From positions 1,344,001 through 1,408,000 of the forward strand of contig OY970173.1 in the NCBI GenBank assembly GCA_963707635.1: DNA of 64,000 nt. Reading direction: 5' to 3'. Shown in pieces: positions 43,957 to 53,134 of this stretch (its first letter is position 1; every line of letters begins with the position of its first letter). The stretch comes from Candidatus Latescibacterota bacterium (GTDB taxonomy: Bacteria > Krumholzibacteriota > Krumholzibacteriia > WVZY01 > JAKEHA01). The notes below the pieces were generated by a model that searched no databases, was not told the DNA's origin, and saw only the letters and a list, made by a program, of their open reading frames with translations. The position numbers and the translations under genes are program-made.

Positions 43957-45038
43957 ACATGCTGCAGGAGATCAACGATACCCTCGCGGCGCTTCTCGCG
44001 GAGCGGGGCGTGGACGCGCGGACCACGCACACCCACGTGACGTCGCTCCCGCCGGACGGTTCCGTGGTCGAGGTCGAGGTCAGCGATCCGGACCTGGCCG
44101 ATGAGCTTCTTCGCCGGCTCGGGCTGGATGCGGAGGGCCGGCGTCGGCTCCGCATCGTGGTCCTGCCCAGGGCCGGGCTTCCCGAGGCCCTGATCGCCGC
44201 GAGCAGCGTGGCCGATGTCCGCAGGCTCCCGTCCCACCCGTCCGAGCTCGTCACCCAGATCGTCTATGGCGACCTGGTCGTCCCGCTCAAGCAGGAGGGG
44301 GAGTGGTATCTCTGTCGAATCGACGACGGGTACCTGGGGTGGATTCGGAGCTGGCATCTGGTAGAAACCTCGCGCGCCGGGCAGGCGGAGTTCCTCCGCC
44401 GTTGCAGCCATCGCGTGGGCGTCAACCACTCCGAGGCCCTGACCGAGCCGGACGCACGCTCCCTGCCCGTGACCGACCTGGTGATCGGAACGCCGCTGGT
44501 CGCCGATCCGGGTGGCCGGCGGGGGTGGGCGGCGGTCGAGCTCGCCGACGGCAAGCGAGGATTCGTTCGGCGCCCTCACATCGAAAGGAAGCCACGGCAG
44601 GGGACGGTATCGCGCTCGAAGCTGGTCGCGACGGGGCTGCGTTTTCTGGGCATTCCCTATCTATGGGGAGGCAACACCCCGAAGGGCTTCGACTGTTCGG
44701 GGCTGGTCCAGCGGATCTACCGGCTCCATGGGGTGGTTATGCCACGTGATTCCGACATGCAATCCCGCTTCGGCGCGGCCCGGCGCACCCGCGATCTGGA
44801 CGGCTTGTTTCCCGGTGACCTCCTGTTCTTCGGCAAGGTCTCCCAGCGCATCACCCATGTGGGCATGGTGCTCCCGGACCGGCTCTTCCTCCACGCGTAC
44901 GGACAAGTTCGTGTTAATTCATTAGATCCAGCACATCCCCTGTTCGAGCCATCGCTCGCCGGTGACTGGCGGGGAGCCCGCGATCCCCTTGGCCAGGCGT
45001 TGCATCCGGCAGCGACTACGGTGGATACCCCCTTGTGA
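43953..45038 (+). CDS. SH3 + NlpC/P60 (C40) peptidase, YkfC-like
   Basis: SH3b segment (SELVTQ...DGYLGW); GIPYLWGG...GFDCSG, PRDS, GDLLFF, HVG. Confidence 0.88.
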   Translation: MNMLQEINDTLAALLAERGVDARTTHTHVTSLPPDGSVVEVEVSDPDLADELLRRLGLDAEGRRRLRIVVLPRAGLPEALIAASSVADVRRLPSHPSELVTQIVYGDLVVPLKQEGEWYLCRIDDGYLGWIRSWHLVETSRAGQAEFLRRCSHRVGVNHSEALTEPDARSLPVTDLVIGTPLVADPGGRRGWAAVELADGKRGFVRRPHIERKPRQGTVSRSKLVATGLRFLGIPYLWGGNTPKGFDCSGLVQRIYRLHGVVMPRDSDMQSRFGAARRTRDLDGLFPGDLLFFGKVSQRITHVGMVLPDRLFLHAYGQVRVNSLDPAHPLFEPSLAGDWRGARDPLGQALHPAATTVDTPL

Positions 45039-45066
45039 GCCGTTTCCCAAAGGTCCAAAAAAAACG

Positions 45067-45096
45067 TTGACGCCTTTCGGCGAACGCCGATAGATT
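45067..45096 (+). promoter_or_regulatory. Putative promoter TTGACG-N18-TAGATT with upstream A-tract
   Basis: Hexamers preceded by a poly-A (UP-like) tract. Confidence 0.55.
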
Positions 45097-45312
45097 ACGC
45101 GCTCAAAGCTGGAAATGCCCTTTTTGGGGCATTCCCCGGGGGCTTCAGCCCGTAGCGCGGGTGCGGAAGACCGGGGGGTGAGGTCGATGGAGCCTTGCCC
45201 CAGCGGAGCACCCGTGACGGGCGTTCGATATGGTAGACAGGCAACGGGAATGGGCCGGTAACGCCCGGCGTTCACAGTGGACAGGCCGTTCCCACCAGAG
45301 GAGGTCAAGGTT

Positions 45313-46602
45313 ATGTTAAAGCACTGGAGCAGAATTGCTCTGGCTTCGTTTCTGGTTTTGATGGTCGGCGCGTCGGTCGCGTTCGCGACCACCGCCCGGG
45401 TGCGGTCACTGGCAAACACCGGTGACTACATCAGTGATGACTCGGCGGTTAATCGTTGGTACAGCACGCTTTCCTCGTTCGCCAATCAGGTCAACGCCGA
45501 GCTGGGTCAGTTCGCGGGTACCCCCGGTAGTCTGGTGGACACCCGGGGCCTCGGTTGGACCCATGCCTGCGGAGACGACGGCAAGTGGGGTACGTATCGG
45601 ATTTCGTTGAACGAAAACGCGCTCGATCACCCGGGTTTCTGGATCGGCAATCCGTTCTATCAGAGCCACTCACCCGGTGACGACGGTGGTCTCGGCGACC
45701 CGACGGGCGGTGCCTACGACGACACCCCGATCAACAAGTGGGATGTCGCGGGTGCGTGGGACCTTGGAGAATCCATGTCTCTCGGCGTCTCCGTCACCCA
45801 GTCGAAGTGGAGCTTCGAGGACACGGCAAACGACATCGAGGCCGACAACTCGTGGATCACGCTGGGCGCTGGTTTCTCGTGGACCAATGCCGACAACCTG
45901 GTGCTCGACGCCGCGGTGAATTTCGGTAACGCGGGCGGCAAGATGACCGACGGCGCCAACACGTCCGAGTGGGACAGCAAGACGGCGTTCGATATTCTCG
46001 CCCGTCTGTTCTGGGACTGGAAGGACGACGTCACGGTGGTACCGGTCGTGGAGTTCACCCAGTCCGATTATAGCCTGTCGGTCAGCCCGACGGCGCTCAC
46101 GCCGCCCAACGGCGAGAAGCTGTCGGACTTTCTGTTCGGCCTGGGACTCAACATGGACGTGAACGAGGACAACATGCTGGTGTTCGCGCTCGAGTTCATG
46201 AATCGCAAGTATGAGTATTCGAACCCGGACACGGTTGCGGCTGGCTACGCGAGCACGACGTGGAGCTATACGCCGACGGTGCGTCTGGCGCTGGAGTCGG
46301 ACATCACGACCTGGTTCACGACACGTATCGGCGCGGTCAAGTACCTCGGCAACGTGACCGACGAGTCCAACGGTGGCGACAAGTACAAGATCACGCCGGG
46401 TGCGCCGGGCATCCTGATCGGTGTAACGCCGCCGAGCGGGTTTGATTGGTACCTCGGTTGCGGGTTCACCGTCGCCGAGTGGACGATCGATCTCGAGATC
46501 AACGAAGAGACGCCGTTCAACATCGGCTACTGGCTGACGGGTTACTCGAATTACGGTTTGGGTGGCCCGGTGGGCCGAATCTCGGCCGTCTACAACTACT
46601 AA
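45313..46602 (+). CDS. Uncharacterised outer-membrane beta-barrel protein
   Basis: GGAGGT RBS and signal peptide (VAFA). Amphipathic strands rich in Trp/Tyr/Gly/Asp; C-terminal aromatic (AVYNY). Confidence 0.75.
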   Translation: MLKHWSRIALASFLVLMVGASVAFATTARVRSLANTGDYISDDSAVNRWYSTLSSFANQVNAELGQFAGTPGSLVDTRGLGWTHACGDDGKWGTYRISLNENALDHPGFWIGNPFYQSHSPGDDGGLGDPTGGAYDDTPINKWDVAGAWDLGESMSLGVSVTQSKWSFEDTANDIEADNSWITLGAGFSWTNADNLVLDAAVNFGNAGGKMTDGANTSEWDSKTAFDILARLFWDWKDDVTVVPVVEFTQSDYSLSVSPTALTPPNGEKLSDFLFGLGLNMDVNEDNMLVFALEFMNRKYEYSNPDTVAAGYASTTWSYTPTVRLALESDITTWFTTRIGAVKYLGNVTDESNGGDKYKITPGAPGILIGVTPPSGFDWYLGCGFTVAEWTIDLEINEETPFNIGYWLTGYSNYGLGGPVGRISAVYNY

Positions 46603-46638
46603 GTCCCGAGGCGTTCATCGCCGAAGGCGTGTGGTCGG

Positions 46639-46678
46639 ACGCGGCCCCTTCCTCGCGAAGGGGCCGCGTTCTTTTTTT
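46639..46678 (+). terminator. Rho-independent terminator
   Basis: Stem ACGCGGCCCCTTC/GAAGGGGCCGCGT followed by a T-run. Confidence 0.9.
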
Positions 46679-46802
46679 GCGCAGCTTCGCGTTTCTCGCC
46701 GTTCCCGGTCGTTCCGCCATCGGGGCCTGGAACTTGCACTCCACCCGGCGCAGACGGCTGCGCGAATGCATCGCGGCAGCGCACTATCGAGCGCGATCGG
46801 CG

Positions 46803-48014
46803 ATGTACTTCTTCTACTATCTGCCCATCGGAGTCGACGCGGAGACCCGGCGGTTTCCGGTGTTCACCACGCTGTTCACCGTCATCTGCGTCGCGGTATT
46901 CGTCGCGCGCCGGGTGCTCGGAGAGGGCGCCGCGTTCGACGTTCGCAACTACGTGTACTACCCGGGCTGGTCCAGCCCGCTCACCGCACTCGCCGCCGGC
47001 TTTCTCCACTTCGGCTACTTTCATATCGTGTCCAACCTCGTCTATCTGGTGCTGTTCGGCCGCTATCTCGAAGATCGTCTGGGGCCGGGGATGTTCGCGC
47101 TGATGTTCGTCGGGTCGACGCTGGTCGGCAACCTGGCGCAGGGCTGGTACAACCTGCACGTGCTGGAGACGGGCGCGGGCATCATCGGCGCCTCGGGCGC
47201 GGTGTCGGGCATCATGGGTGCGTTTCTGATCCGGCTGCGCCACCACAACGTCAGGGTGGCCTACTGGGTGTTTGCGCCGCTGCTGGCAACGAACCGGGCC
47301 GGCACCGTGCAGATCCACGTGGTGTTTGCACTCGCGCTGTGGGTCCTGATCCAGGTGGTTCGCGGTCTGGTGCAACTCGAGGGCACCGGCGTCAACGTGG
47401 CGTATGTCACCCACCTGGTGGGGTTCGCCTTCGGGGTGGGGGCGGTGGTCGCGACGGGCGGCTGGCGCCTGGGCCGGATCGACGGTCACCTGGTGAAGGC
47501 GAAGCGCTACCTGCGTCGCGGCGAATTCTACGGCGCGCAGGACGAGTTGACGAATTACTCGCTCGCCCGACCGGACGACGGAGAGGCGCACGCGGCCCTG
47601 GCCAGAACGCGCGCGCAGTGCGCCGACGCTGCCGGCGCCCGGGCCAGCTACCGCGACGCGTGCGAGTGCTTCCTGCGCGCCGGGAGACGCGGCGAGGCGG
47701 AGCGGACGTTTCAGGAAGCCACGCGTTCGTTCCCGGACTTCGTGCTTTCGGCGCCGGCGCACCTGGACCTCTGCTTCGGCCTGGAGCGCAATCTCAAGCC
47801 GGCCGTTGCACTTTGCGCCTACGAGGGCTTCGGGCGGGTCTACCACGACCACGCGGAGGCCCCATTCGCCCTGCTGCGGGCAGCCAATCTCCACGCCAAG
47901 CAGGGGAATATCGCGCGCGCGAAGAGCTGCTACGAGCGTATCGTCACCGGCTACCCGGACGACGACTGGGTCGAGTTTGCCGCCGAACACGCGCGCCGGC
48001 TCGGCGCGGCGTAG
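46803..48014 (+). CDS. Rhomboid intramembrane serine protease with C-terminal TPR-like domain
   Basis: FLH...HIVSN, LEDRLG, IGASGA (Ser), THLVGF (His); helical repeats ending IVTGYPDD. Confidence 0.85.
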   Translation: MYFFYYLPIGVDAETRRFPVFTTLFTVICVAVFVARRVLGEGAAFDVRNYVYYPGWSSPLTALAAGFLHFGYFHIVSNLVYLVLFGRYLEDRLGPGMFALMFVGSTLVGNLAQGWYNLHVLETGAGIIGASGAVSGIMGAFLIRLRHHNVRVAYWVFAPLLATNRAGTVQIHVVFALALWVLIQVVRGLVQLEGTGVNVAYVTHLVGFAFGVGAVVATGGWRLGRIDGHLVKAKRYLRRGEFYGAQDELTNYSLARPDDGEAHAALARTRAQCADAAGARASYRDACECFLRAGRRGEAERTFQEATRSFPDFVLSAPAHLDLCFGLERNLKPAVALCAYEGFGRVYHDHAEAPFALLRAANLHAKQGNIARAKSCYERIVTGYPDDDWVEFAAEHARRLGAA

Positions 48015-48163
48015 TCGTCGTTTCCAGCCCCGCCGCCGGGGGTGACAGGCCGGTCGTTGGCCGCGTAACCCCAGCCTCGGTAATATTCTTGCCAATTTCT
48101 CCGGCCCGGTGATAGCCTGCCGATGGCCGCGGGTGCGGCCGGCGGAAATCGGGAGGTGGCGGT

Positions 48164-48847
48164 GTGGAAGGTGGTACGGTTCGGGGACTTCCGTCGAGTG
48201 ACCGACCGCGCGAGCGGTTGTATACCAGGGGCGCGGCGGAGCTATCGCTGCAAGAACTCCTCGCGATCATCATCGGCGGGGGGACGCGCGGGTCCGGGGC
48301 GCTGGTACTGGCGCTGAGTTTGCTTGGGGAATTCGGGGATCTGGTGACGATGGGACGAGCGGGCGTCGATGAACTGCGCCGCGTGCCCGGTATCGGGTTC
48401 GCGCGTGGGTGCCAGGTGGTCGCCGCTTTCGAGCTGGGCAAGCGCTTCGCCAGGGAGTCGAGGTCGAGTGGTTCGTCCGTGCGCGCCCCGAAGGACATCG
48501 CGCGCATGTTCATGGACGAGATGAAACACTACGACCGCGAACACTTCAAGGCGGCGTTCCTCAACACGAAGAATCAGGTCATCAAGGTCGTGACGGTGTC
48601 CATCGGATCGCTCAACGCGTCGATTGTGCACCCGCGTGAGATCCTGAAGCCGGCGATTGCGGTCAGCGCCGCGTCGATCATCCTCGTTCACAATCATCCC
48701 ACGGGAGATCCCACGCCCAGTCGCGAGGATGTCGAGTTCACGCGCCGCTTTGCGAAGTGCGGGGAGTTGATCGGCATCGAGCTGCTCGATCACATCGTGA
48801 TCGGGGCGGATCGGTTCCAGAGCCTTAAAGAGTCCGGCTGCTTCTAG
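48164..48847 (+). CDS. radC: RadC/UPF0758 JAB-domain protein
   Basis: RPRERL, HhH motif, HPRE, HNHPTGDPTPSRED, LLDHIV. Confidence 0.95.
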   Translation: MEGGTVRGLPSSDRPRERLYTRGAAELSLQELLAIIIGGGTRGSGALVLALSLLGEFGDLVTMGRAGVDELRRVPGIGFARGCQVVAAFELGKRFARESRSSGSSVRAPKDIARMFMDEMKHYDREHFKAAFLNTKNQVIKVVTVSIGSLNASIVHPREILKPAIAVSAASIILVHNHPTGDPTPSREDVEFTRRFAKCGELIGIELLDHIVIGADRFQSLKESGCF

Positions 48848-48865
48848 CCCGGACCGGGGGTGGGA

Positions 48866-49906
48866 ATGTCGTTGTTTGCCCGGCTGTCCAACTATCTGAC
48901 CAATGACGTCGCCATCGACCTCGGCACCGCGAACACGCTCGTGTACGTGAAGGGGAGCGGCATCGTGCTGAACGAGCCGTCGGTGGTGGCGGTCGACCAG
49001 CGCACCAAGAAGGTATTCGCGGTGGGCCTCGAGGCCAAGACCATGCTGGGCAAGACCCCCGAATACATCGCGGCGATCCGGCCGATGAAGGACGGCGTCA
49101 TTGCGGACTTCGAGATCACCGAGATGATGCTGCGCGAGTTCATCCGCAAATCCCAGAAAAAGAAGCACTTCATCCGTCCGCGCATCGTGATCGCGGTGCC
49201 GTCCGGAATCACCGAGGTGGAGAAGCGGGCGGTTCGCGACTCGGCCGAGCACGCCGGGGCGCGCGAGGTGTTCCTGATCGCGGAACCCATCGCGGCGGCG
49301 ATCGGCGTCGGACTCCCGGTGGATAAGCCGTCGGGGAACATGATCATCGACATCGGCGGCGGCACCACCGAGATCGCCGTGATCGCGCTCGACGGCATTG
49401 TCGCCGACAGCTCGATCCGGGTGGCGGGCGACGAGTTGGACGAGGCGATCGTCAACTACGTCAAGCGCACCTACAACATGCTCATCGGCGAGCAGACCGC
49501 CGAACAGATCAAGATGAAGATCGGGTGCGCGGTCAGGCTGGATAAGCCGCTCGAGATGGAGATCAAGGGACGCGACCTGGTGGCGGGAATCCCCAAGAAC
49601 CTCAAGCTCACCAGCGAGGAGATCCGGGAAGCGATCAGCGAACCCATCTCCCAGATCGTGGAGGCTCTGAAGAACGCGCTCGAACAGACCCCACCCGAGC
49701 TCGCGGCCGATATCGTCGATCGTGGCATCGTGATGACCGGAGGCGGAGCCATGCTGAAGGGACTCGACCAGCTGCTGAAGCGGGAGACGAACCTTCCGAT
49801 CAACGTCGTTGACGACCCGCTCCTGTGCGTCGTGCTCGGCGCGGGCAAGGTGCTCGACAATATCCACTACTACGATCGGGTGCTCATGCATAGCTCGCGC
49901 GACTAG
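48866..49906 (+). CDS. mreB: Rod shape-determining protein MreB
   Basis: [32 protein letters not shown]. Confidence 0.98.
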   Translation: MSLFARLSNYLTNDVAIDLGTANTLVYVKGSGIVLNEPSVVAVDQRTKKVFAVGLEAKTMLGKTPEYIAAIRPMKDGVIADFEITEMMLREFIRKSQKKKHFIRPRIVIAVPSGITEVEKRAVRDSAEHAGAREVFLIAEPIAAAIGVGLPVDKPSGNMIIDIGGGTTEIAVIALDGIVADSSIRVAGDELDEAIVNYVKRTYNMLIGEQTAEQIKMKIGCAVRLDKPLEMEIKGRDLVAGIPKNLKLTSEEIREAISEPISQIVEALKNALEQTPPELAADIVDRGIVMTGGGAMLKGLDQLLKRETNLPINVVDDPLLCVVLGAGKVLDNIHYYDRVLMHSSRD

Positions 49907-49909
49907 CAT

Positions 49910-50776
49910 ATGCACCTGTTCGAGGCCGTTTTTCAACGATACCGCGACCGCACGGTCCTCGTCGTCCTGATCAGCCTCTCCATCGCGCTCATGTCGTTGC
50001 CCGAGCCGGTCCAGCTGGACGTGGCCCGGGGCCTCGTCGGCCGTCTGGTGCTCCCGGCCCAGCGCGCCACGACCTTCGTGACCGACTACGCCGACGTGCG
50101 GGCCGAGAACGAGCGCTTGCAACGAATGGTGGCGACCCTGATGCTGGAGCGCGAGCGGCTGCTCCAGTATCGGGACGAACGCGAGCGCCTTCGGCGCCTG
50201 GCCGAGTTCAAGGAAGAACAGACCCACCGGCTGGTCCCCGCGGAAGTAGTGGGCCGCGACTTCGACCGTATCCAGACCAACCTGGTGATCAACAAGGGCA
50301 GCGAGGCGGGACTGCGCGCGCGCATGCCGGTGTTTTCGTACGGCGGACTCGTCGGCAGCCTCGCGAAGGTCTTCGCGAACTCCTCGTGGGTGCAGCTGCT
50401 CACCAGCAAGAATCACCCGGTGAGTTGCATCGACAAGCGCAGCCGCGTGGTGGGCGTGTTGGAGTGGCGCCATCGCAATTCCTTCGAGCTGCGCCACGTG
50501 AGCTCGAACGAAGACGTCGCCGTCGGCGACACGCTGGTGACGAGCGGCTTCGGCGGCACCATTCCCAAGGGATTTCCGGTCGCGATCGTCTCGCGGGTGG
50601 GGCAGTCGACCGACGGCTTGAGCCTGCGGGTGGACGCGCGCAGCCCCGTCAATTTCGTCTCGCTGGAAGAAGTATTCGTCATGACCGAAGAGATTCCCTG
50701 GGATCGCTCCCTGTTCTACGAAGAGGCGGATACCGCGCTCATGCGGGACGTGCTCCGTTCCAGGAGCCAGCGGTGA
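49910..50776 (+). CDS. mreC: Rod shape-determining protein MreC
   Basis: TM plus coiled coil, INKGS, GLVG, GDTLVTSG, PKGFPV; synteny. Confidence 0.93.
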   Translation: MHLFEAVFQRYRDRTVLVVLISLSIALMSLPEPVQLDVARGLVGRLVLPAQRATTFVTDYADVRAENERLQRMVATLMLERERLLQYRDERERLRRLAEFKEEQTHRLVPAEVVGRDFDRIQTNLVINKGSEAGLRARMPVFSYGGLVGSLAKVFANSSWVQLLTSKNHPVSCIDKRSRVVGVLEWRHRNSFELRHVSSNEDVAVGDTLVTSGFGGTIPKGFPVAIVSRVGQSTDGLSLRVDARSPVNFVSLEEVFVMTEEIPWDRSLFYEEADTALMRDVLRSRSQR

Positions 50777-51276
50777 AGTTCCTGGCGCCGTTGCTCGGGG
50801 TCGTCATCTACCTCGCGCTGCAGGCCGCGGTGGCGGGTCGCATCGCGATCGGTTCCATCGCGCCCGACTTCGTGGTGGTGTGCGTGATGCTGTTCGGGCT
50901 GCAGCGCGGGAGGATCCAGGGGTCGCTGTTCGGGTTCTTCGTCGGATTCCTGGTCGACCTCAGCAATCCCGGTTTCCTGGGGCTCAATGCCCTCACCAAG
51001 TGCCTGCTCGGCTTCGCGGCGGGCGGGTTGGGGGCCGCGGCGTCGCCCGGGGTGCTGGTGCTGGCGATCGTGTTCTTCGTGGGCGCCCTTGCGCACGACC
51101 TCGTCTACCTGCTGATTTACCTGTGGCCCGCGGTCGGCAGCGCCCTCTTGACGCTGGTCACGACCGCGCTGCCGTCGGCGCTCTATACCGCCGTCGCGGG
51201 TGTCGCGGTCGAGCGCATCCTCGCCCTGCTGGGGGCGAAGGTGGTGACGTCGTTTGGCAAAGAGAGACAGTACTAG
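50773..51276 (+). CDS. mreD: Rod shape-determining protein MreD
   Basis: GTGA overlap; hydrophobic with PD motif, GFFVGFLVD, GLNAL; synteny. Confidence 0.9.
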   Translation: MKFLAPLLGVVIYLALQAAVAGRIAIGSIAPDFVVVCVMLFGLQRGRIQGSLFGFFVGFLVDLSNPGFLGLNALTKCLLGFAAGGLGAAASPGVLVLAIVFFVGALAHDLVYLLIYLWPAVGSALLTLVTTALPSALYTAVAGVAVERILALLGAKVVTSFGKERQY

Positions 51277-53134
51277 CCTCCGGGAGGGGCCGTTTCGCCT
51301 CCGGACGCTGCTGGTCGTGCTCGGCTTCGGGTTCGCCGCGATCCTTATCCGCCTCTTCGCCCTCCAGGTCGTGCACCACCAGGAATACGCGCAGTTCGCC
51401 CGCGACAACCAGCTCCAGCGCGAGCGTCTGCAGGGCCCCCGCGGTCTCATCCGCGACCGCTACGGCCGCGTGATCGTGGACAACACCATCAACTTCCAGG
51501 TGGTGGTGCAGTGGCGCTCGCGCGATGAAATCGTCGAGACCGTCCGCCACCTCTCCGCGTACATCCCCATCGACACCACCCGCGCGATGACCCGCTTCGA
51601 CGCGTGGCAGAAACGGTACGGGCGCGTCGCGTTTCCGCTGTTTCCCGACGCGGACAAGTTCGTAATCTCCTTCGTCCGCGAGAACGCCGACGACTATCCC
51701 CACGTGCGCGTCGAGTCGCGGCTGCGCCGCCTCTACCCGCCCCGCGGGGTGGCGGCGCACGTGCTGGGGTACGTCGGCGAAGTCACCCCCGAGGACGTGG
51801 CCGCCGGCCACGGCACCTACGAGGCGGGCGACTTCACCGGCAAGGCCGGGCTCGAGAAGCAGTACGAGGACAAGCTCCGTGGCACGCCCGGGCAGCGCGC
51901 GATGGAAATCACCGCCAACGGCACCTCGCTCGGCGAAGTGCCCGAGCTCTCGACGGCGCCGATCCCCGGCAAGGACCTGCACCTCTCGCTCGACTTCGAG
52001 ATGCAGGAGTACCTCGATTCCCTGCTGGCGACGCACGATAATCCCAGTGCCGCCGTCGTGCTCGACGTGAAGACCGGCGGCATCATCGCGGCGGCCAGTC
52101 GGCCGTCCTACGACCCGAACGAGTTCGCCGCGGGTGTGTCCGCTTCCATCCTCGGGGGCCTCCTCGACGACCCGACCAAGCCGATGTTCAACCGCATCTC
52201 GCAGGCACGCTATGCGCCGGCGTCGACGTTCAAGATCGTGGTGACGACAGCGGCGCTGCAGAACGGACTCGTGGACCCGGGCCGCGTGCTCACCTACTGC
52301 GACGGCACGCACCGCTTCGGCAATCGCATCTTCCGGTGCTGGAAGGAGGATGGACACGGCGGCATGAACCTCATGTCGGCGATCATCAACTCGTGCGACG
52401 TCTATTTCTACCGGATCGGGGAGATGATGGACGTCGACGTCCTCGCCGCGTCGGCCACCGCGTACGGCCTCGACCGCAAGACCGGCGTCGACCTCCCGAT
52501 CGAGGTCGCCGGTAATGTTCCCACGCGCCGCTACTACGACAAGCGTTTCGGAAAAGGGCGATGGACGCAGGGCCTGATGATCAACAACGCGATCGGCCAG
52601 GGAGAGTATCTGGCCACGGTGCTGCACGTGGCGCGAATCGCCGCGGCGGTGGCGAACGGCGGGTGGCTGGTCCAGCCCCGTTTCGTCGACCACGTGGACG
52701 GCGAGCCGTCGGTCGAGCCGACGCGGGAGCGCGTGCCGGGGCTGGAGGGCTCGACCCTCGCATTCATCCGCCGCGCGATGCTCGGTGTGGTGGAGTCGCC
52801 CGGGGGCACCGCCCACTGGACTGAGCTTCGGTGGCTCAAGGTGGCGGGAAAGACCGGGACGGCGCAGAACCCGCACGGCGACCACCATTCGTGGTACATG
52901 GCCTACGCACCCGCCGACGACCCCGAAATCGCGCTCGCCATCCTGGTCGAAAACGCCGGGCACGGGGGAGACGTGTCGGCCCCGGTGGCCCGCGACTTTT
53001 TCGCCGAGTACTTTCGCCCGGGACGCCGGGAGGGAAGCGTGGTGTCGCGCGCGCGGCCCACGATGCCCGCCGGGTTCGATTCGCTCTCGGTCGACCGGCT
53101 TCGCGCCGCCGGGGTCGGGAGAATGACGCCATGA
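51254..53134 (+). CDS. mrdA: Penicillin-binding protein 2
   Basis: PRGLIRDRYG, STFK (SxxK), SCD, KTG; synteny with mreBCD-rodA. Confidence 0.95.
   Translation: MAKRDSTSLREGPFRLRTLLVVLGFGFAAILIRLFALQVVHHQEYAQFARDNQLQRERLQGPRGLIRDRYGRVIVDNTINFQVVVQWRSRDEIVETVRHLSAYIPIDTTRAMTRFDAWQKRYGRVAFPLFPDADKFVISFVRENADDYPHVRVESRLRRLYPPRGVAAHVLGYVGEVTPEDVAAGHGTYEAGDFTGKAGLEKQYEDKLRGTPGQRAMEITANGTSLGEVPELSTAPIPGKDLHLSLDFEMQEYLDSLLATHDNPSAAVVLDVKTGGIIAAASRPSYDPNEFAAGVSASILGGLLDDPTKPMFNRISQARYAPASTFKIVVTTAALQNGLVDPGRVLTYCDGTHRFGNRIFRCWKEDGHGGMNLMSAIINSCDVYFYRIGEMMDVDVLAASATAYGLDRKTGVDLPIEVAGNVPTRRYYDKRFGKGRWTQGLMINNAIGQGEYLATVLHVARIAAAVANGGWLVQPRFVDHVDGEPSVEPTRERVPGLEGSTLAFIRRAMLGVVESPGGTAHWTELRWLKVAGKTGTAQNPHGDHHSWYMAYAPADDPEIALAILVENAGHGGDVSAPVARDFFAEYFRPGRREGSVVSRARPTMPAGFDSLSVDRLRAAGVGRMTP

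Noticed and set aside
48164..48847. radC as a mobile-element or anti-restriction marker
   Set aside because: Full-length HhH+JAB form in the common chromosomal radC-mreBCD context.
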